Assembly: GCF_036971445.1 (NCBI RefSeq)
Contig: NC_091473.1
Location: 103,788,001 to 103,852,000 of the forward strand
Direction: 5' to 3'
Source: Narcine bancroftii
Lineage: Eukaryota
Length of the DNA: 64,000 bases
The notes below the pieces were generated by a model. It was not told the origin of the DNA and ran no database searches. It saw only the letters and a program-made list of their open reading frames with translations. Below are positions 24,171 to 38,320 of this stretch, piece by piece (within the stretch, counting starts at the first letter, position 1; each line of letters starts with the position of its first letter). The translations under genes were made by a program, and so were the position numbers.

Positions 24171-24640
24171 AGCAAGGAGGCTTGCTTCAGTTATATAGGG
24201 TAATGGTGAGACCACATCGGGAGTACTCTGCATAATAATGACATCAGCAAAAGAATGATATCAACGCATTGGAAGCAGTACGAGGTTTAAATGGATGAAG
24301 TGGATGCGGTATTCACTGAGGAATGATTGGACAGGCTCGGCGTGTATCTGCTAGACTTTAGAGGTGTGGACTTCATTGAAAAAAAATAACATTCTCAACA
24401 GTATTGACAGGATAGATATGCATAGGAAGTTTCTTATGGGAAAAGAGTAGAGTTGTGACCATTTGAGTGGATTATTTTTTTCTCCGATGGTTATGAAGAA
24501 GTTATTCCTAAAGCAAAGTACAAGCAGAGTCTTTGAATAGTTTTTAAGGCAGAGGTAGATATATTCTTGATGATCAAGTGATCGATGGGAAAGCAGAGCT
24601 GAGGTTTTAATGAGGCCAGAATGCTCTATTCCTTCTCCTG
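24170..24640 (+). mobile_element. Old CR1 3' fragment
   Basis: Motifs tggtgagaccacatc and aaggcagaggtagatatattcttg match the CR1 at 55160-55600. Confidence 0.6.
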
Positions 24641-25600
24641 ATTTGAGTTAAATTGTGACCATGTGGAGGAATTTAGATCTGAATAAATTCTTGGGTCACC
24701 ATCTGCTCAATTTGTGGTGCAGGAAGAAACCAAATATAATTTTTAAATTTAATTTAGTTATGAGGACAAGAACATGTTCAACTGAAGCAAGGTGCCAGAC
24801 TGTAAGAACTCAATGTGGACCTGCCATTGTTCCAATGGGCATTCTAGTTCAGGAGGTTTCATGATGGTGAGCCTGCTCGGCCACCCAAACCTTCGCTCGA
24901 CTCGTTCCTGTCCCTGGTAACGCAGATCAGTGCTAGAAAAGCTTGCCCATCTACTTAGAGTACTGAAAAAGTATTAAAAAATGCATCTTAATCTCACTAA
25001 AACATTGGAAAACAAAATTACAAGATGAAAGATGAGGGGCACAGTGAGCAGAACAAGTGAATGTGAAACAGGAGAGAATAGCTGGGTTCCAGTTGGGTGC
25101 TGGCATGAAACCAGTGCACTCATTGACTTACAATGCTGAGAATTAAGGACATGTCCTGCTAATAGATAAGATTTGTCTGGTTGAGCACTGGGCTCTGAGG
25201 AAAAAGCCTACCCCAGCCCCATCCTGTGCACTTCTGCCCTTTGAATTTCTGATCTTCCCCAAGCCCAGTTAGTTAATCTGGCATCATTTAAACTGAACGC
25301 TGAACCATTATGTTGTGTGTAAGGATTTTCATTAAATAGTTATGCAATAAAACTGAAAACATTTTTAATACAAAATCTGTAAATCAATTTGAGGACTCAT
25401 TGAACTGGGAAAGAGGTCTCCCACTATTTCCTGTGTTAAATAGTGATGGAGCAGTTTGGGGCTCCTTATCGAAGGAAGGATGTGTTGGCATGCAGAGGGT
25501 TCAGGAAGTTCATGCCTAATTCCACTCCTCTCCCTTGTGGTCTTATGACTTGGTGGTGCCAGTTAACAAATGTACTCATCAGTTGAGAAATATTCTAGAG

Positions 25601-25894
25601 CAGTGGTTCTCAACCTTTTTCTTTCCACTCACATACCACTTTAAGTAATCCCTATACCATTGGTGCTCTGTGATTAGTAAGGAATTGCTTAAGGTGGCAT
25701 GTGAGTGGGAAGGGAAGGTTGAAAAGCTTGGTCTAGATCCAATTGTTATTAAATAATTGGCTTGAGAAAAATTGTCACTGGCCCATTTCCTTTGGAGTTA
25801 TGAAACCGTCCACCTAATGAGTAAATTAGGTACGATTAAAACAGTAGTTTCCAAATTTTTTCTTTTCACCCAGATAAAAGGATGAAAACCACTG
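25601..25894. mobile_element. hAT (Charlie-like) MITE
   Basis: TIR cagtggttctca / tgaaaaccactg and an imperfect 8-bp TSD ttctagag / ttctaaaa. Confidence 0.8.
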
Positions 25895-26429
25895 TTCTAA
25901 AAGAAAATTGCCACATAACAGAAAGGGGACAACCTGTGAACTTCGAAGCTGTGGAATTGTAATGACTAGTACAGTATGTACAGAATGAACAGTATGTTTA
26001 GAAAAGGACAGGTTTTCTGCTCGATCTGAGTATTTTATGTAGTACCATTTAAAAAGGATAGGGCATATTTTCAGACTCCATAGGAAGGCCTGCATTTTCT
26101 GGGGAGTTTCTAACATCTGCTGAAGATAGGACTTATTTGCTTTGCTGGGATTGGCCATTCCACTTAAAATTCTTCCAAGCATCAGTATTCCTATTGTCAA
26201 GGGATTGTACCATGGATCTCTGTAATATCAACCTTAGACTTTTGTAAGGCTTTAAGTATGTTGATTGAGGAAGAGATTGAATAACTGTTTCTGAAGGCAA
26301 AACTATTTCATTTGGAACAGGAATTAATTTCTTATCCTCCAGCTCACTTGGTACATAATCAGAATAGGTTTGAGCTGCTCTTGGTCAAGTGAGACAGATT
26401 GGACTCGCTGGTTAATGGAGATCTTGGGT

Positions 26430-27060
26430 GGGTAGACCTAATACTTTAGGGAGACCATTTCTCTTAAAGAGAGGCCAGAAGAATTCAAGCAGTATCCATG
26501 AAGAGAAATGGTTAGTCAATCCTTCATGTCAGGACTATGCATGGAGATTGAAGTGCGAGCAGGAGATATCAAGTATATAGAGGGGAGCGGGACCAAGAGG
26601 TTATGTGGTACTGTGCTGTAGAAGATAGGAGAGGTGGAGAGACAGGGGAAGAGTCCACTCGTAAGGGTAGAAGGTGGAAAAGTGAGAAGGGAGCAGGTAA
26701 AGGAGAGCTGGAAACAGCAGAACCAGATATAGGTGAGGTTTAACTAAGAATGGAGAATTCAATATTTATGTTATTAGTTTCCAAGCAGTCTTTGAAGAAT
26801 GACATGCTGTTCGTCAACTTTGTACTTGACTTCACCCTGGCAGAGGATAGATGTGACTAAATGATTAGCAACCAGGAGTTCCAGCAAGGACACATGGACA
26901 GAGTGCAGGTACTCGGCAAAGCAAATGTCCAAACTGTGTTTGGTCTCACCGATGTACAAGAGGTCACAATGAGTCACCAATGCAGGAGATTGGATTGGAC
27001 GAGGTGCCTCTCCTTAAAGGTTTCTTCACGGTCCTGGGTGGAGGTGAAGGGGGAGATAAA
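26430..27060 (-). mobile_element. Penelope-like element fragment (GIY-YIG)
   Basis: CDLLYIGETKHSLDICFAEYLH in ORF 26774-26980. Confidence 0.75.
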
Positions 27061-27669
27061 TAGACATTATTCATATGAATATATAAACTTTCAAGAATAA
27101 ATTTACAATGCCCCATAGCACCATGGGGAAAATATCCTTCTACAAAAAGAAGATGTTGTCACATTTTGGCTGCCCCAGGTTCAGAATCTCACTTTAGTCT
27201 CTTTATGTCATCACAGAGAACCATGATGCAATTGGGTGTTGATGGTCTACTGAGCAGAGGGCAAAGGCACTTCCTTTGTGTACTGCAAGAAGCTCCATCA
27301 GCTGACACCAGAAATGGCATTAAAATTTTTCTCTTCTTCAATTAAAAGAACAAGTTGTGATGCAAGAATATATATGTGCAGGGTGTCAGGAGGGCCACAA
27401 CAGATGCCAGATTAAGCAGGCCACCCCAGGGAGGAGTGTATTTGCTGATAGGACTGTGGTTGTTGCAGTCGAGTTGAGGTTGGGATGATGCTTCAGCTGA
27501 TCTGACTGTTCACGGGCAGGTTCCACCGTGATGTAGCCATTAATAATTCTGATGTTGGATGGCACAACAGTGGTACTGAAAGAAAAGAAAACAATTATAT
27601 ATGAAGAAAGAATTACAGAAAAAATGACATTCACTAAACCTGCACTGGATATAGTAGTGTGTGGCATAT

Positions 27670-27890
27670 TAAATTTAAATTTAGGCATACAGCACAGTAA
27701 CAGGCCCTTCTGGCCCAAATACACCAATTGACCTACAACCCCAGTATATTTTGAAGGGTGGGAGGAAACCAGAGAACCTGGAAGAAACCCTTTCAGACAT
27801 GGGGAGAATGTTATTGTGCTAGATTTGAACTTCCGTTGCTTGCACTGTAATAGCATTGTGCTAACCTCTACACTAACTGTACCACCCCTG
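27670..27890 (-). mobile_element. tRNA-type SINE
   Basis: Reverse complement of the family at 23920. Confidence 0.75.
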
Positions 27891-29073
27891 AGTTATACCA
27901 ACTGAATACCAAATTCAATGTAAAAATCATGAAATTTGTTGGAACAAATTTGGATGCAGCTTCTGGCAAATTATTGCATTCTGAACAGAGAAATACATTG
28001 TTGCAGGTGATATTTACAAAGGAGAATGGGTGTAATTATTAGCTGTTTCCTGTGTGGTGTTGACTACTTCCTGCCCCCCTCCCCCCCACCAGCTCTGTTG
28101 GGAAACGAGGATGCTGCTGCTGTTCTATCTAGGACTTTCCTTACACCCCCCCCCCCCCCTCCACTTCCCCACCCCTGCTGCTCTTGTTGCTGCATCTCAT
28201 GCACCTCAGAATCTGGGTTGGTATGCTTCCATCAAATCCCAGAGCCCAGTTGACACCTGCTTCTCACTGGAATTAGAGCTGAATTCATCTCTAGATGTAC
28301 ACAGGAGGCAGCAAATCAGGAGACAAAGCAGGGATTTGCTGTGGTTCTCATAAAGACCTGGCAACAAGAGCAAATCTTGACCTTCATGGAGAGAGAACAG
28401 GTCTAGGTGGGAGAGGGTGGCCATGGTCTTCTTACAGTTTCTCTCATGTCCCTGCAATGACAGCCTGGAAAAAACCTGAGCCTGAGGTGAATATTGTGGT
28501 GTCTGAATGCTTTCCAAGAGTGGGGCCCTTCAGTGATGGACGTCTTTGCTCCCAGTCCCTGACCTAGTTTGCTCACCCACTAATTGTCATAATGTATCAG
28601 GAATGGAATGGTACAAGTCACATCACCACTGATGCATCCAATGAATATGTATCTCTGCAGTGATAAAACACTTGTTAGCTTTGAAACATTCAGCAAGCTA
28701 TTTGAGAACACTGCTGCAATTCAGGAGCTATCCTGACAAGTCCCCCAATGACAACAGAATCTTCCTTTAAGTAGATATTAAATGCAAGAAAGAAGCATGA
28801 TGTGTTCCTTCTTGTAATGTGATGGTCATTTGAAAGACAGCATTTACATCCAATGTCTCCAATATCTTTAGCAAAGGTGCATTACTTAATTGATTCTAGA
28901 AAATTGTTAATCGCATTAAGGTGAATTATACGTAACAGTACTCAAACCCATTACCTGGAAATGGTAGTTTGTGCAATCCACCCTAGATTAAAATTTGCCT
29001 GTAATTTCTGGATTTATGTGCACGAAGTCAGCTAGCAGGATATGCAAGGTCTGAGATAGTGAACAACATAATA

Positions 29074-29374
29074 CAGTAAAAACTCGTTAGAATGCGGTAG
29101 TTGGAGTCCAAGATTTCATACCGTGTTACAGTCGAGTCGTGGAACAGATCCATAAATGTCAGAGTGCACACGGATAATCAAACCCAAATGTTACCAGTTT
29201 TCGAAGGATCCGCTATCTATAATTAACAATTTCTATGAAAGAAAGCAAGTGCATTCTTTTAATATTGGTATTCTGAATTTTAATCAACTTATTTGGAAAG
29301 TTTGGGGTCCACAGACACCCACGCTATAAGCGATTCCATGGATTAACGAACTGCGTTCTAATGAGATTTCACTG
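29074..29374. mobile_element. Tc1/mariner (pogo/Tigger-type) MITE
   Basis: TA duplication on both sides. TIR cagtaaaaactcgttagaatgcggt / actgcgttctaatgagatttcactg. Confidence 0.85.
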
Positions 29375-30609
29375 TATTTCCAAAGCACCCTCATTTTTTG
29401 TCACTGTTGGCTCAGTTCTGGTGGCTCAGCTGTCCACCAGAAGTGGAATTACAAGGGTAGACTACCCACTTGCTGCTGCAGCAGTTCCTGTGGTTTCAGT
29501 AAGCATGCACCAGTTTTGGCTACTCAAGTTGTGAAGTGCAGGGAGAAATGTACCTTAAAATAAAATGCATCCCAAGTGGCAACTTGAATGTTCCATGCAT
29601 TAACAGTCTTATTTAAATTATAAAAAGTTATTAAGTATTAGACATGATTGATTTCATGAGAAGCTTTGTGCCAGAAATTTTCAAAACAAAGCATTAATCT
29701 AGCTCAAAATGTTCCACTAAATTTAGTCTGCAATCTTTAAACAGAAATGCAATTTACTGCAACCATCAACAAACTTTGTATCCTTTAAAGGCTCTGTAGT
29801 GGAGTCTAGTTTAGGTCTTTATGGACATGTTGTCCCAAAGGGTAAAACTCCATGACTCCACTTGCAAATTTTTGGACATATAAATCATTTTGAAGTCAGC
29901 AATGCTAAAATTCTGCTGTCTTACTTGTTGCCATGAAAGTGGAGTGATTTCCCAAAAGAAATCAGGTTGCACACCAAATTATGTTTGTATAAACCTTTTC
30001 CTGATGTTTAGCTATGTACAGATATATTCTGATCACTTTCACACATGTACAGAATGGGGTGAGTTCCATGTCAATTAATGGAGTCAAAGTTGTACTATTT
30101 ATTCCTATTTATAAATGAAATCCCGTGATTGCGGATAAGCAAATGAAATTGCTCAGGTGAATTAAGACATCAGGAAAGAAATGGTCTGCACCTGCACCTG
30201 CAGCTAAAATTTTGGACTCCATTTCACTTTTGAGCCAGTGTTACTGCAGGGCATTGGCCTGAACATATTTAACCTAGGATCAGGTTAATTACAATCAGTT
30301 AAAATGCCTTTGAGAAATGCTGGAAGAACTCAGCTGGTGTCCCCTCCACAGGTATTGCTTGACTGAGTTCTTCCACCACTTCTGTTTATGTTTCAGATTC
30401 CAGAATATGGAATTTTATTTATTTTAAGCTTGGGATTGACTGAAACACAAAATAAGGGAGAAGAAATTTGGGAAATAGCATGCATAATTGGTGTTGAAAT
30501 TTCCTTGAGCTTTAAAACAACACTTGTATCTGCTTCCTATACCATGAAAATTTCACACTCTTTATATTTTGATCTGTTTGAAGTCCTGAAGTATTAAATA
30601 TAGAGATTG

Positions 30610-33000
30610 TTACATGACACATTCAGACCTTCTAGTCTATGCCAAAATTTTATTCCATAAGACCGATTGACCTGCACCCAATCCATAACCCTCCAGACCT
30701 CTCTCATCCATGTATCTATCCAATTTATTCTTAAAACTTGAGAGTGCGCTTGCATTTACCATGTCAGACGGCAGCTCGTTCCACACTCCCACCACTCTCT
30801 GAGTGAAGAAGTTCCCCATAATTTTCCATTTTCATCCTAAAGCTATGTTCTCTCATATTTATCTCTACTAATCTAAGTGAAAAGAGCCTACTCGCATTTA
30901 CTCTGTCTATTCCCCTCAAAATTTTTAAAACCTCCCCTCATTTCTTCTATGCTCCAAGGAATAAAGGCCTAACCTGTTTAATTTTTCCCGATAACTCAAC
31001 TCCTGAAGACCTGGCAACATTCTCTGCACTCTTTCAATCTTACTGATATCCTTCCTGTAGTTAGGCGACCAGAACTGCACACAATAATCTAAATTTAGCC
31101 TCACCAATGTCTTGTACAACCTCACCATAACATCCCAACTCCTATACTCAATACTTTGATTTTTGAAGGCCAAGATACCAAAAGCTCTCTTTTCAACCCT
31201 GTCTACCTGTGTCATGCCATTTTCAGGGAATTGTGTATCTGTATTTCCAGATTCCTTTGTTCCTCTGCACTCCTCAGTGTCCTACCAATTACTGTGTATG
31301 TCCTACCTTGGTTTGTCCTTTCAAAATGCAACACCTCACACCATCTACCCCTTTTATAGTTCATTCAGATCCCTTTGCAAGCTTTGAAAGCTTTTCTCAC
31401 TGTTCACAATGCCTCCAATTTTAATGTCATCAGCAAACTTGCTGATTTAATTTACCACATTATCATCCAGATCATTGATATAGACAACAAACATCAATGG
31501 TCCCAGCACCAGTCCCTGAAGCACACCACCTATCACAGGAAATAAAATGTAAAAGGTACTACAGCCAATTTTGAATCCAGTTTACAACCTCTTCATGGTT
31601 ACCTAGTGCCTGAACCTTCTGAACTAACCTCCAATGTGGGACCTTGTCAAAGGCCTTACTAATGTAGACAAAATCCACAGCCTTTCCTTCATCTACTTTC
31701 TTGGTAACCTCCTCTAAAAACTCTACAAGATTCGTTAAACGTGACCTACCATACACAAAGCCATACTGGCTGTTCTTAATCAGCTCATGGCTGTCTAAAT
31801 ACTTGTATATCTAAGGGAGGGGGGGGAAAAGGGGAGAAAATGACACTGTCTATATTCAAGTGGGAAAGGTTTATGTGTATTTTGGTCAATATGGTTCATA
31901 GTATGAAAATTAAAAAAAAAACATATATCTAATCTCTCAAAAGATCCTCCAATAATTTAACCACTACTGAAGCCAGGCTCACCAGCCTGGTTTACTTTTG
32001 GAGCCTTTTTTAAACAAAGGAACAACATTAGCTACCCTCCAATTCCTGGCATCTCACTCATGGCTAAGGACATATTAAATATTTCTGCCAGGGCCCCTGC
32101 AATTTCTATACTAATCTCCCTCAAAGTCTGAGGGAATATCATGTGAGGCCCAGGGGAATTATTTACCTTTTTTCACTGTAAGGCAGCAAGCACATACTCC
32201 TCTTTAATTCTATACATCCATGTCATTTCTGCTTGTTTCCCTTCCTTCCTTATACATTATACCAGTTCCCTGAGCAAAAAAAAAATGTTTAAGATCTCCC
32301 CCATTTCATGAGGCTCTACACATAGATAACCACTCTGATCTCCTAGGGGACCAATTTTGTCCCTTACTATCCTTTTACTCTTAGCTTACTTGTAGAAACC
32401 CTTTGGGTTTACCTTCACATTATCTGCCAAAGCAACTTCATGTCTTTTTGCCTCCTGATTTCCTTTCTTGGGTATTTTCTTATATTTCTATACACTTCTA
32501 GTACTTCATTTACTCTTTGTTGCCTATACACCTCTCTCCTCTTAATCAGATTACCAATATCCCTTGAAAACCAAGGTACACCATGCCAGCTAACTTTTTC
32601 CTTTATTCCTAACAGGAACAGGCACACTCTTCACTCTCAAAATTTTGCCTTTTAAGGCTTTCCACTCACTAAACACATCCTTCAAGGAAAACAACTTACC
32701 CCAATCCACTCTTCCTAGATCCTTTCTCATTTCCACAAATTGGCCTTTCATCAATTTAGAATCTCAACTCGAGGACCAGACCTATTCTTATCCATAATTA
32801 ACTTGAAACTAATGACATTATGGTCACTGGATCCAAAATGTTCACCTACACATATTTCTGTCACCTATCCTGTTTGGTTCCCAATAGTAGATCAAGTACT
32901 GCATTCTCTCTCATTGGTACCTCTATGTAGTGATTTAGAAAACTTTCCTGAACACATTTGACAAACTCCAAGCCATCCAGCCCTTTTACGGTATTCTTGT
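30610..33000 (-). mobile_element. CR1 LINE, decayed
   Basis: NFFTQRVVGVWNELP, LYKTLVRLNLDYCVQFWSP, RSRLTNLVEFLEEVTKKVDEGKAVD..SKAFDKVPH, and endonuclease CVQESFLNHYIEVP.RENAVLDLLL. Confidence 0.9.
31815..31923 (+). mobile_element. Very short L1 3' end inserted in CR1
   Basis: G-rich L1 3' UTR with poly(A), similar to 59630-59740. Apparent TSD tatatctaa at 31806-31814 and 31924-31932. Confidence 0.75.
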
Positions 33001-33071
33001 TGACTTCCAACACACAACTATATGACCTGATCCATTCCCAACACCTCATATATCATTGCCACCATTAAGCT

Positions 33072-33213
33072 ACCAACCAATTTTCCCCTGCAACCGCTGC
33101 AACCGTGTCTGCCTGTCCCGCATCGGACTTGTCAGCCACAAACGAGCCTGCAGCTGACGTGGACTTTTTACCCCCTCCATAAATCTTCGTCCGCGAAGCC
33201 AAGCCAAAGAAGA
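33072..33213 (+). mobile_element. RTE extreme 3' end
   Basis: Near-identical to 18511-18652. Confidence 0.9.
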
Positions 33214-33489
33214 TATATATATATGCACTGAAATTCTTACACTGCAGACAAACAGGTACTTAGTAAAAAAATAAGTATACATTCAATTAGAAAAATAAAA
33301 TACAAAAGTTGGATAATAAAAATCCGCAATTACCAAACTGCAAGAAAACAAATGGTGTTACTATAGTTCAGACAGTCTTTTTTATGGTCTAGGACTAACT
33401 TATGATTATTGTAGAACAAGACTTAACTCTTTACTTTCATTTCTATTTAATTTTTTTTTCTTAATCAGGTAATCCTATTTAATTTTTAA

Positions 33490-33735
33490 ACATTTAGATG
33501 TACAGCATGGTAACAAGCCATCTTGGTCACATTCTGCCCAATTTACACCCCATTAACTTACAAACCAGTATGTTTTGAACAGTGGGAGGAAACCAGTGCC
33601 CCTGGAGAAAACCCATGCAGACACAGGAAGAACATACAAATTCCTTAGAGACAACGTGGGACTCAAACCCTGGTCCGGTCCCGATTGCTGGCGCGGTAAA
33701 GGTGTTGTGCTAACTGCTACACCAACCATGCCACC
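33490..33735 (-). mobile_element. tRNA-type SINE
   Basis: Closely similar to 50655-50910. Confidence 0.8.
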
Positions 33736-34389
33736 CATTCATTTTGAAATATTTTTCTCTCTCTGTAACTCAAAGCCACATCAACTGTGAGTGTGACAAG
33801 AAATGTGAAATTTTTTCACAAAACACATTCTGTAAGAGTGTATTTTTAATTCCTGTCTCAGATGTTTTGGAGGTGATTTGTGAATTCTGTAAAGGCAAAT
33901 TCCCTTTACCTGAACTGCTGTAATGCAAGGTCATTTGATTTTAAAGTGGCTAATATTTTATCTGAACAGTGAATTGAAATATTGTAATATAACAAATATT
34001 TTAAATCCAACCTGAGGTTTTTGATTGAATTGTCAAAATGAACAAAATTGATTTGAAAATTTTGCAGTGATGTGGTATTAAGAGACTCTATCAATCAAAC
34101 ATAAAATATTTGTTATTAAGATGCAAATCTGACTTGAACACACATCTTTGAGTTGTGAGCAATTTTTTTTTTTACAATGAGTCTTCCCACAGCTCTTTAT
34201 AAAAGGAGTTTTTGCCAAAAGGGATCCTGCACTGTTAAGTTTGTTTATTCAGTCCAGTATTGCAAAAATGGGTTTGTTACTTTTTGCAGCTACCATCATA
34301 TAATAATGATGTTGGGCCTCTCTTGGAATGTGTAAACGTATCTCTGCTCTTAATATAGAAACTGATAGCCAGACACCAGAAAAGTTAAG

Positions 34390-35240
34390 TTAAACAAGAA
34401 ATTTGCAGATGCTATGATTGGTTTACACAAAAATGCTGGAGAAATTCAATAAGTCATGCAGCGTTCTTTATATAGCAAAGATAAAGTTACATCATCAATG
34501 TTTCAGGCCTAAGGACCTCATCAAGGTATGAGCAAAATGCAGGTAAGCACCTGAATAAAATGGTGGGGCAAAGAGAGGAACACAAGGCTACAGGCAAGAG
34601 GTGGATATGGGTGGAACAGCATGAGAAAAATGCCTGGGGAGGTGGGGGTGGGATAGCTCTCTGAATGGAGAGGGAAGTGGGTGGAGAGCTGGAGGAAAAG
34701 AGACAGGGGGATGGGGAAGAGAGAGAGACACACACAGAGGAGTGTCCTAACATAAGCCAGAGAAGTAGATTGTTGATGCCATCCAGTTGGATAATGGCCA
34801 GATGTAATATTAGGTGTTGCTCCTTCAATTTTCGGGTGGCCTTGGTTTGGCAGTACGAGGCCATGGACAGACATGTCATCGTGGGAGTGAAACGTGGCAA
34901 TGAAATTGTTGGCAACTGGGAGAATCCTGCCGCTGCTGTGGACAGAGTGAAGGTGCTCAATGAAAAATCTCCAAGTCTGTGACCTGTCTCTACGATGTAC
35001 AGAAGGCCACAACAGGAGCACCGAATGCAGCAGCTGATTCCTGCAGATTCACAAATGACCTGTTGCTTCATCTGGAAGGATTGTTTGCGGGCTGGTGTGG
35101 TGGAGAGGGAGGAAATGTGGGCACAAGTGTAGCACTTCCTGTGGTCACAGTGGTAGATACCAAAGTTAGTGGGAAGGGATAAGTGGATGCGGGAGTCATG
35201 GAGTGAGCTGTCCCTGCAGAAGGCAGAGAGGGGAAGATTT
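34390..35240 (-). mobile_element. Penelope-like element 3' part
   Basis: CIRCSCCGLLYIVETGHRLGD (GIY-YIG), RKLKEQHLI, and terminal motif DEVLRPET. Confidence 0.85.
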
Positions 35241-36353
35241 GTTTAGTGCTAGGGTCATGTTCCAGAAAATTTGAAGTCTAGTTTATGTGCATTATAAACA
35301 CACTTGATCCATTAACTAAACTTTGCTTGATGCATTTATTGGCATGGTGGTATGATTACATTACCAGACTCATAGTCCAGAAAGTATGTTCAAATATCCT
35401 ATCACCTCCTACCCCTCTCATAATAGTCTTCCTATCCTATGTGGTGACACATAATTTTTAATGTGGTTTGGTCTGCCAATCTTATCAATAAACTTTTAAC
35501 TAGATAGAAGGGCCAATAATAATTTTCTCTGACAAACCTGGATGTGCCTTGATTAAATATTTCAGTGAAAAGTCTAAAGGTTGTGTTGCCGAAAATTAGA
35601 ACCCATTCTACATGTTAACTGTACTGTGTGTGCTAAAAACTTTGTGCTGGTTTTAAACAATTAGAGGGCTGAAAAATTCAATAACATCACATGATTCAAA
35701 TTATAGCAACTTGAAGTTTCACTGCTGCCGGACTTTGATCAATCTATAATTGAGTTGAAACATTTTTAATACAAGGTTTAAAAATGATTGAATGCTTTAA
35801 TTCCAAATATGTTGTACAAATGGGATTTATCCCATGCCACCAATAACATCAGCCATCAATAACAACATTCAACTGCTGATGGTGTACTCATGCATAATCC
35901 AGCAATGACAATTTTCATTCCCTTCCCACTCCTGGTGCTGACCACCTACTAACCTTGGATCACATATCCACAATTCCATTTGCCTCTACCCTACGGCTTA
36001 CATCGTCACCTTATTTAATTCCAACTTTTGATGCTGAAGGTGATAAACAGGAACTCCATCTCACTCTCTGGTTCCCCTCCACCCACCTGCCCCTGTCTCC
36101 CAACACCACTCCTCCCTCTCCTCTACGTGACTCCATCCGTTTGTGATCTTTCACCCTGCCTTGATCCACCTATCACTCACTGGTCTCTGTCTTGCCTCTC
36201 CCCCTCTGCTCTTTAAATGGCTTCCTTTCTTCTCCTCTCAATCCTGAAGCAGGGACTTTACCCGAAATATCAGCAATTCCTTTCCTCCCACAGATGTTGC
36301 TTCCTGTTAGAAAGCCACTCTTTACCGGAGCATAAAACTATGTTTTGCAATTA

Positions 36354-36540
36354 CAGTAAAACTCCTGGTATTCGGCACTTATTGGGATTGGTACATGCCA
36401 GTTAATTTTTTTTTCAGTAGCTTGAAACTTACTAATATATCTGCATTAAGAATAAAGAGTTTAAAAGATAAAAAACACTATACTGTTCTTAAACTGAACA
36501 AACTTTGCTTGCATGAATATGTAAAGCTTAAAGCATTTTA
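36354..36540. mobile_element. Tigger-like MITE fragment
   Basis: Left terminus ta|cagtaaaactcctggtattcggcac. Right end not found. Confidence 0.4.
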
Positions 36541-37888
36541 CTTTTTTCCATTTTTGACTGTCGCTGCATCTGCAGGTTCTTCCCCTCCACGGAGCCACCC
36601 AAAAGATAGATAATTAACCCCGCACCCCTTCCCTAAGTTTACAGACAAAGCCCCTGACTGGGTGACTCTTACAGAGCAGGGAGAAGGATACACTTTGTGT
36701 CGCTGCCAATAGCATGTGGCATCAACCACCTTAGGAAATTTTATTCAAACTGCAAAGCTAGACCAAGGCTCTCCACTGGTTGAATATTTGCTCCAATCTT
36801 CACCAAACAGTTATGTTACTTCAGAGAACACTTACTTTTGCTATTTTAAATGTGTATTTTTTTACCTATTTATCCCTTCATTAATTTTTAAAATTTATTT
36901 TCCTCAATTTTTTTTTGCCAGTTGCCAGGGGTTTTTAGTGTATAAGGCACTCTATAAATGCATTTTGTGGTTGCCTTGATGATTTGGTCACAACATCCTT
37001 TGTCATTAATGGAGATCATATAGACCAATTAATTCACAGATCACATTAGGATTCAACAATGTTTCTCATTTTAAACCCTGCACCCATTCAGAGACTATTG
37101 CATGATAGAGACCGTTTTCTATTACTGGTAGACATTTCTTCAATCATTCTTTTGAATAAGCTTGAATTACTTATCTCCTCAATTATTACATTTTTATAGT
37201 TTTAATTTTTAATGTTATAAGTTGTCACTAGATTCTATGGAAGGTAACATTGTTCCAATAGTTCAAGCAATGCATTGTTCTTTAGTTGTAAATCCAGTAA
37301 TGGAATGAAACGGGCAGGTTTTAAAGCTGGGCTGGATTTTTTTTACTGGAATAATTTTGAATTAGATGAGCTGCTGAGAGGGAAATAATATAATGCTTGT
37401 TTTGTGTTATTACATGAAGAGAAATTATTCTGGATTTTGTGAATTTCTAAGAGGTATTAATTGAGTACAGGAGTGAGAGTCAACAGTTAAATATGAACCT
37501 TTCCTGAGCCAGAGAGCTTTACTGCCCTGCATTACTAATTAATGTAGAAATGCAGAGACATTTACCTTACTAATTAATGTGGAAATAGTGACATGTACTG
37601 TAACTAATTATGAATATAACTTTCTCTATTAAATTTAATTGGAAATTAATATCCAACAGCATTATGGGCAAACCACTCCTCAAGGGCTATAGCAGTTCAA
37701 GAAGGCCACTCACCACTGCCTAATCGAGGGCAATTAAATACTTACTCAGCCTGGGAAGCCACAGGCTTTTAAAAAAACTGCAGCTAGTTCTTGAAAGCGA
37801 TGTTATTAGTACAAGGCAGATGGTGGAGTAGTGTAAATCTACTAAGTTTCGAAGCTTCTTGAAGACTGACATGAGTTACAGCAAGTAG

Positions 37889-38320
37889 AACCGTAGAACG
37901 CTACAGCACAGAAAAACAGGCCAATCAACTCTTCAAGTCTGTGCCGCTAGTCCCAATGACCTGCTCCCATTTCATAACCCCCCAGACCTCTCCAATCCAC
38001 ATATCTATCCAACTTATTCTTAAAATTTAAGATTGAGCCCATATTCACCATGTCAGATGGCACACTCCCACCACTCCCTGAGTGAAGTTCCCCCCTCATG
38101 TTCCCCTAAAACCTTCCCCCTTACACACTAAAGCCATGTCCTCTCGTACTTGTCTCCCCCAATCGAAGTGGAAAAAGCCTACTAACATCCAGTCTGTCTT
38201 ATACCTCTCACAATCTTCTAAAACTCTACAAATCTCCCCTCATTTTTCTTTGTTTCAAGGAATGAAGTCCTAGCCTGTTTAATCCTTCCCTGTAGCTCAA
38301 CACCCGAAGACCTGGTAAAC
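37889..38320 (-). mobile_element. CR1 3' end
   Basis: Similar to 30640-31020. Confidence 0.8.
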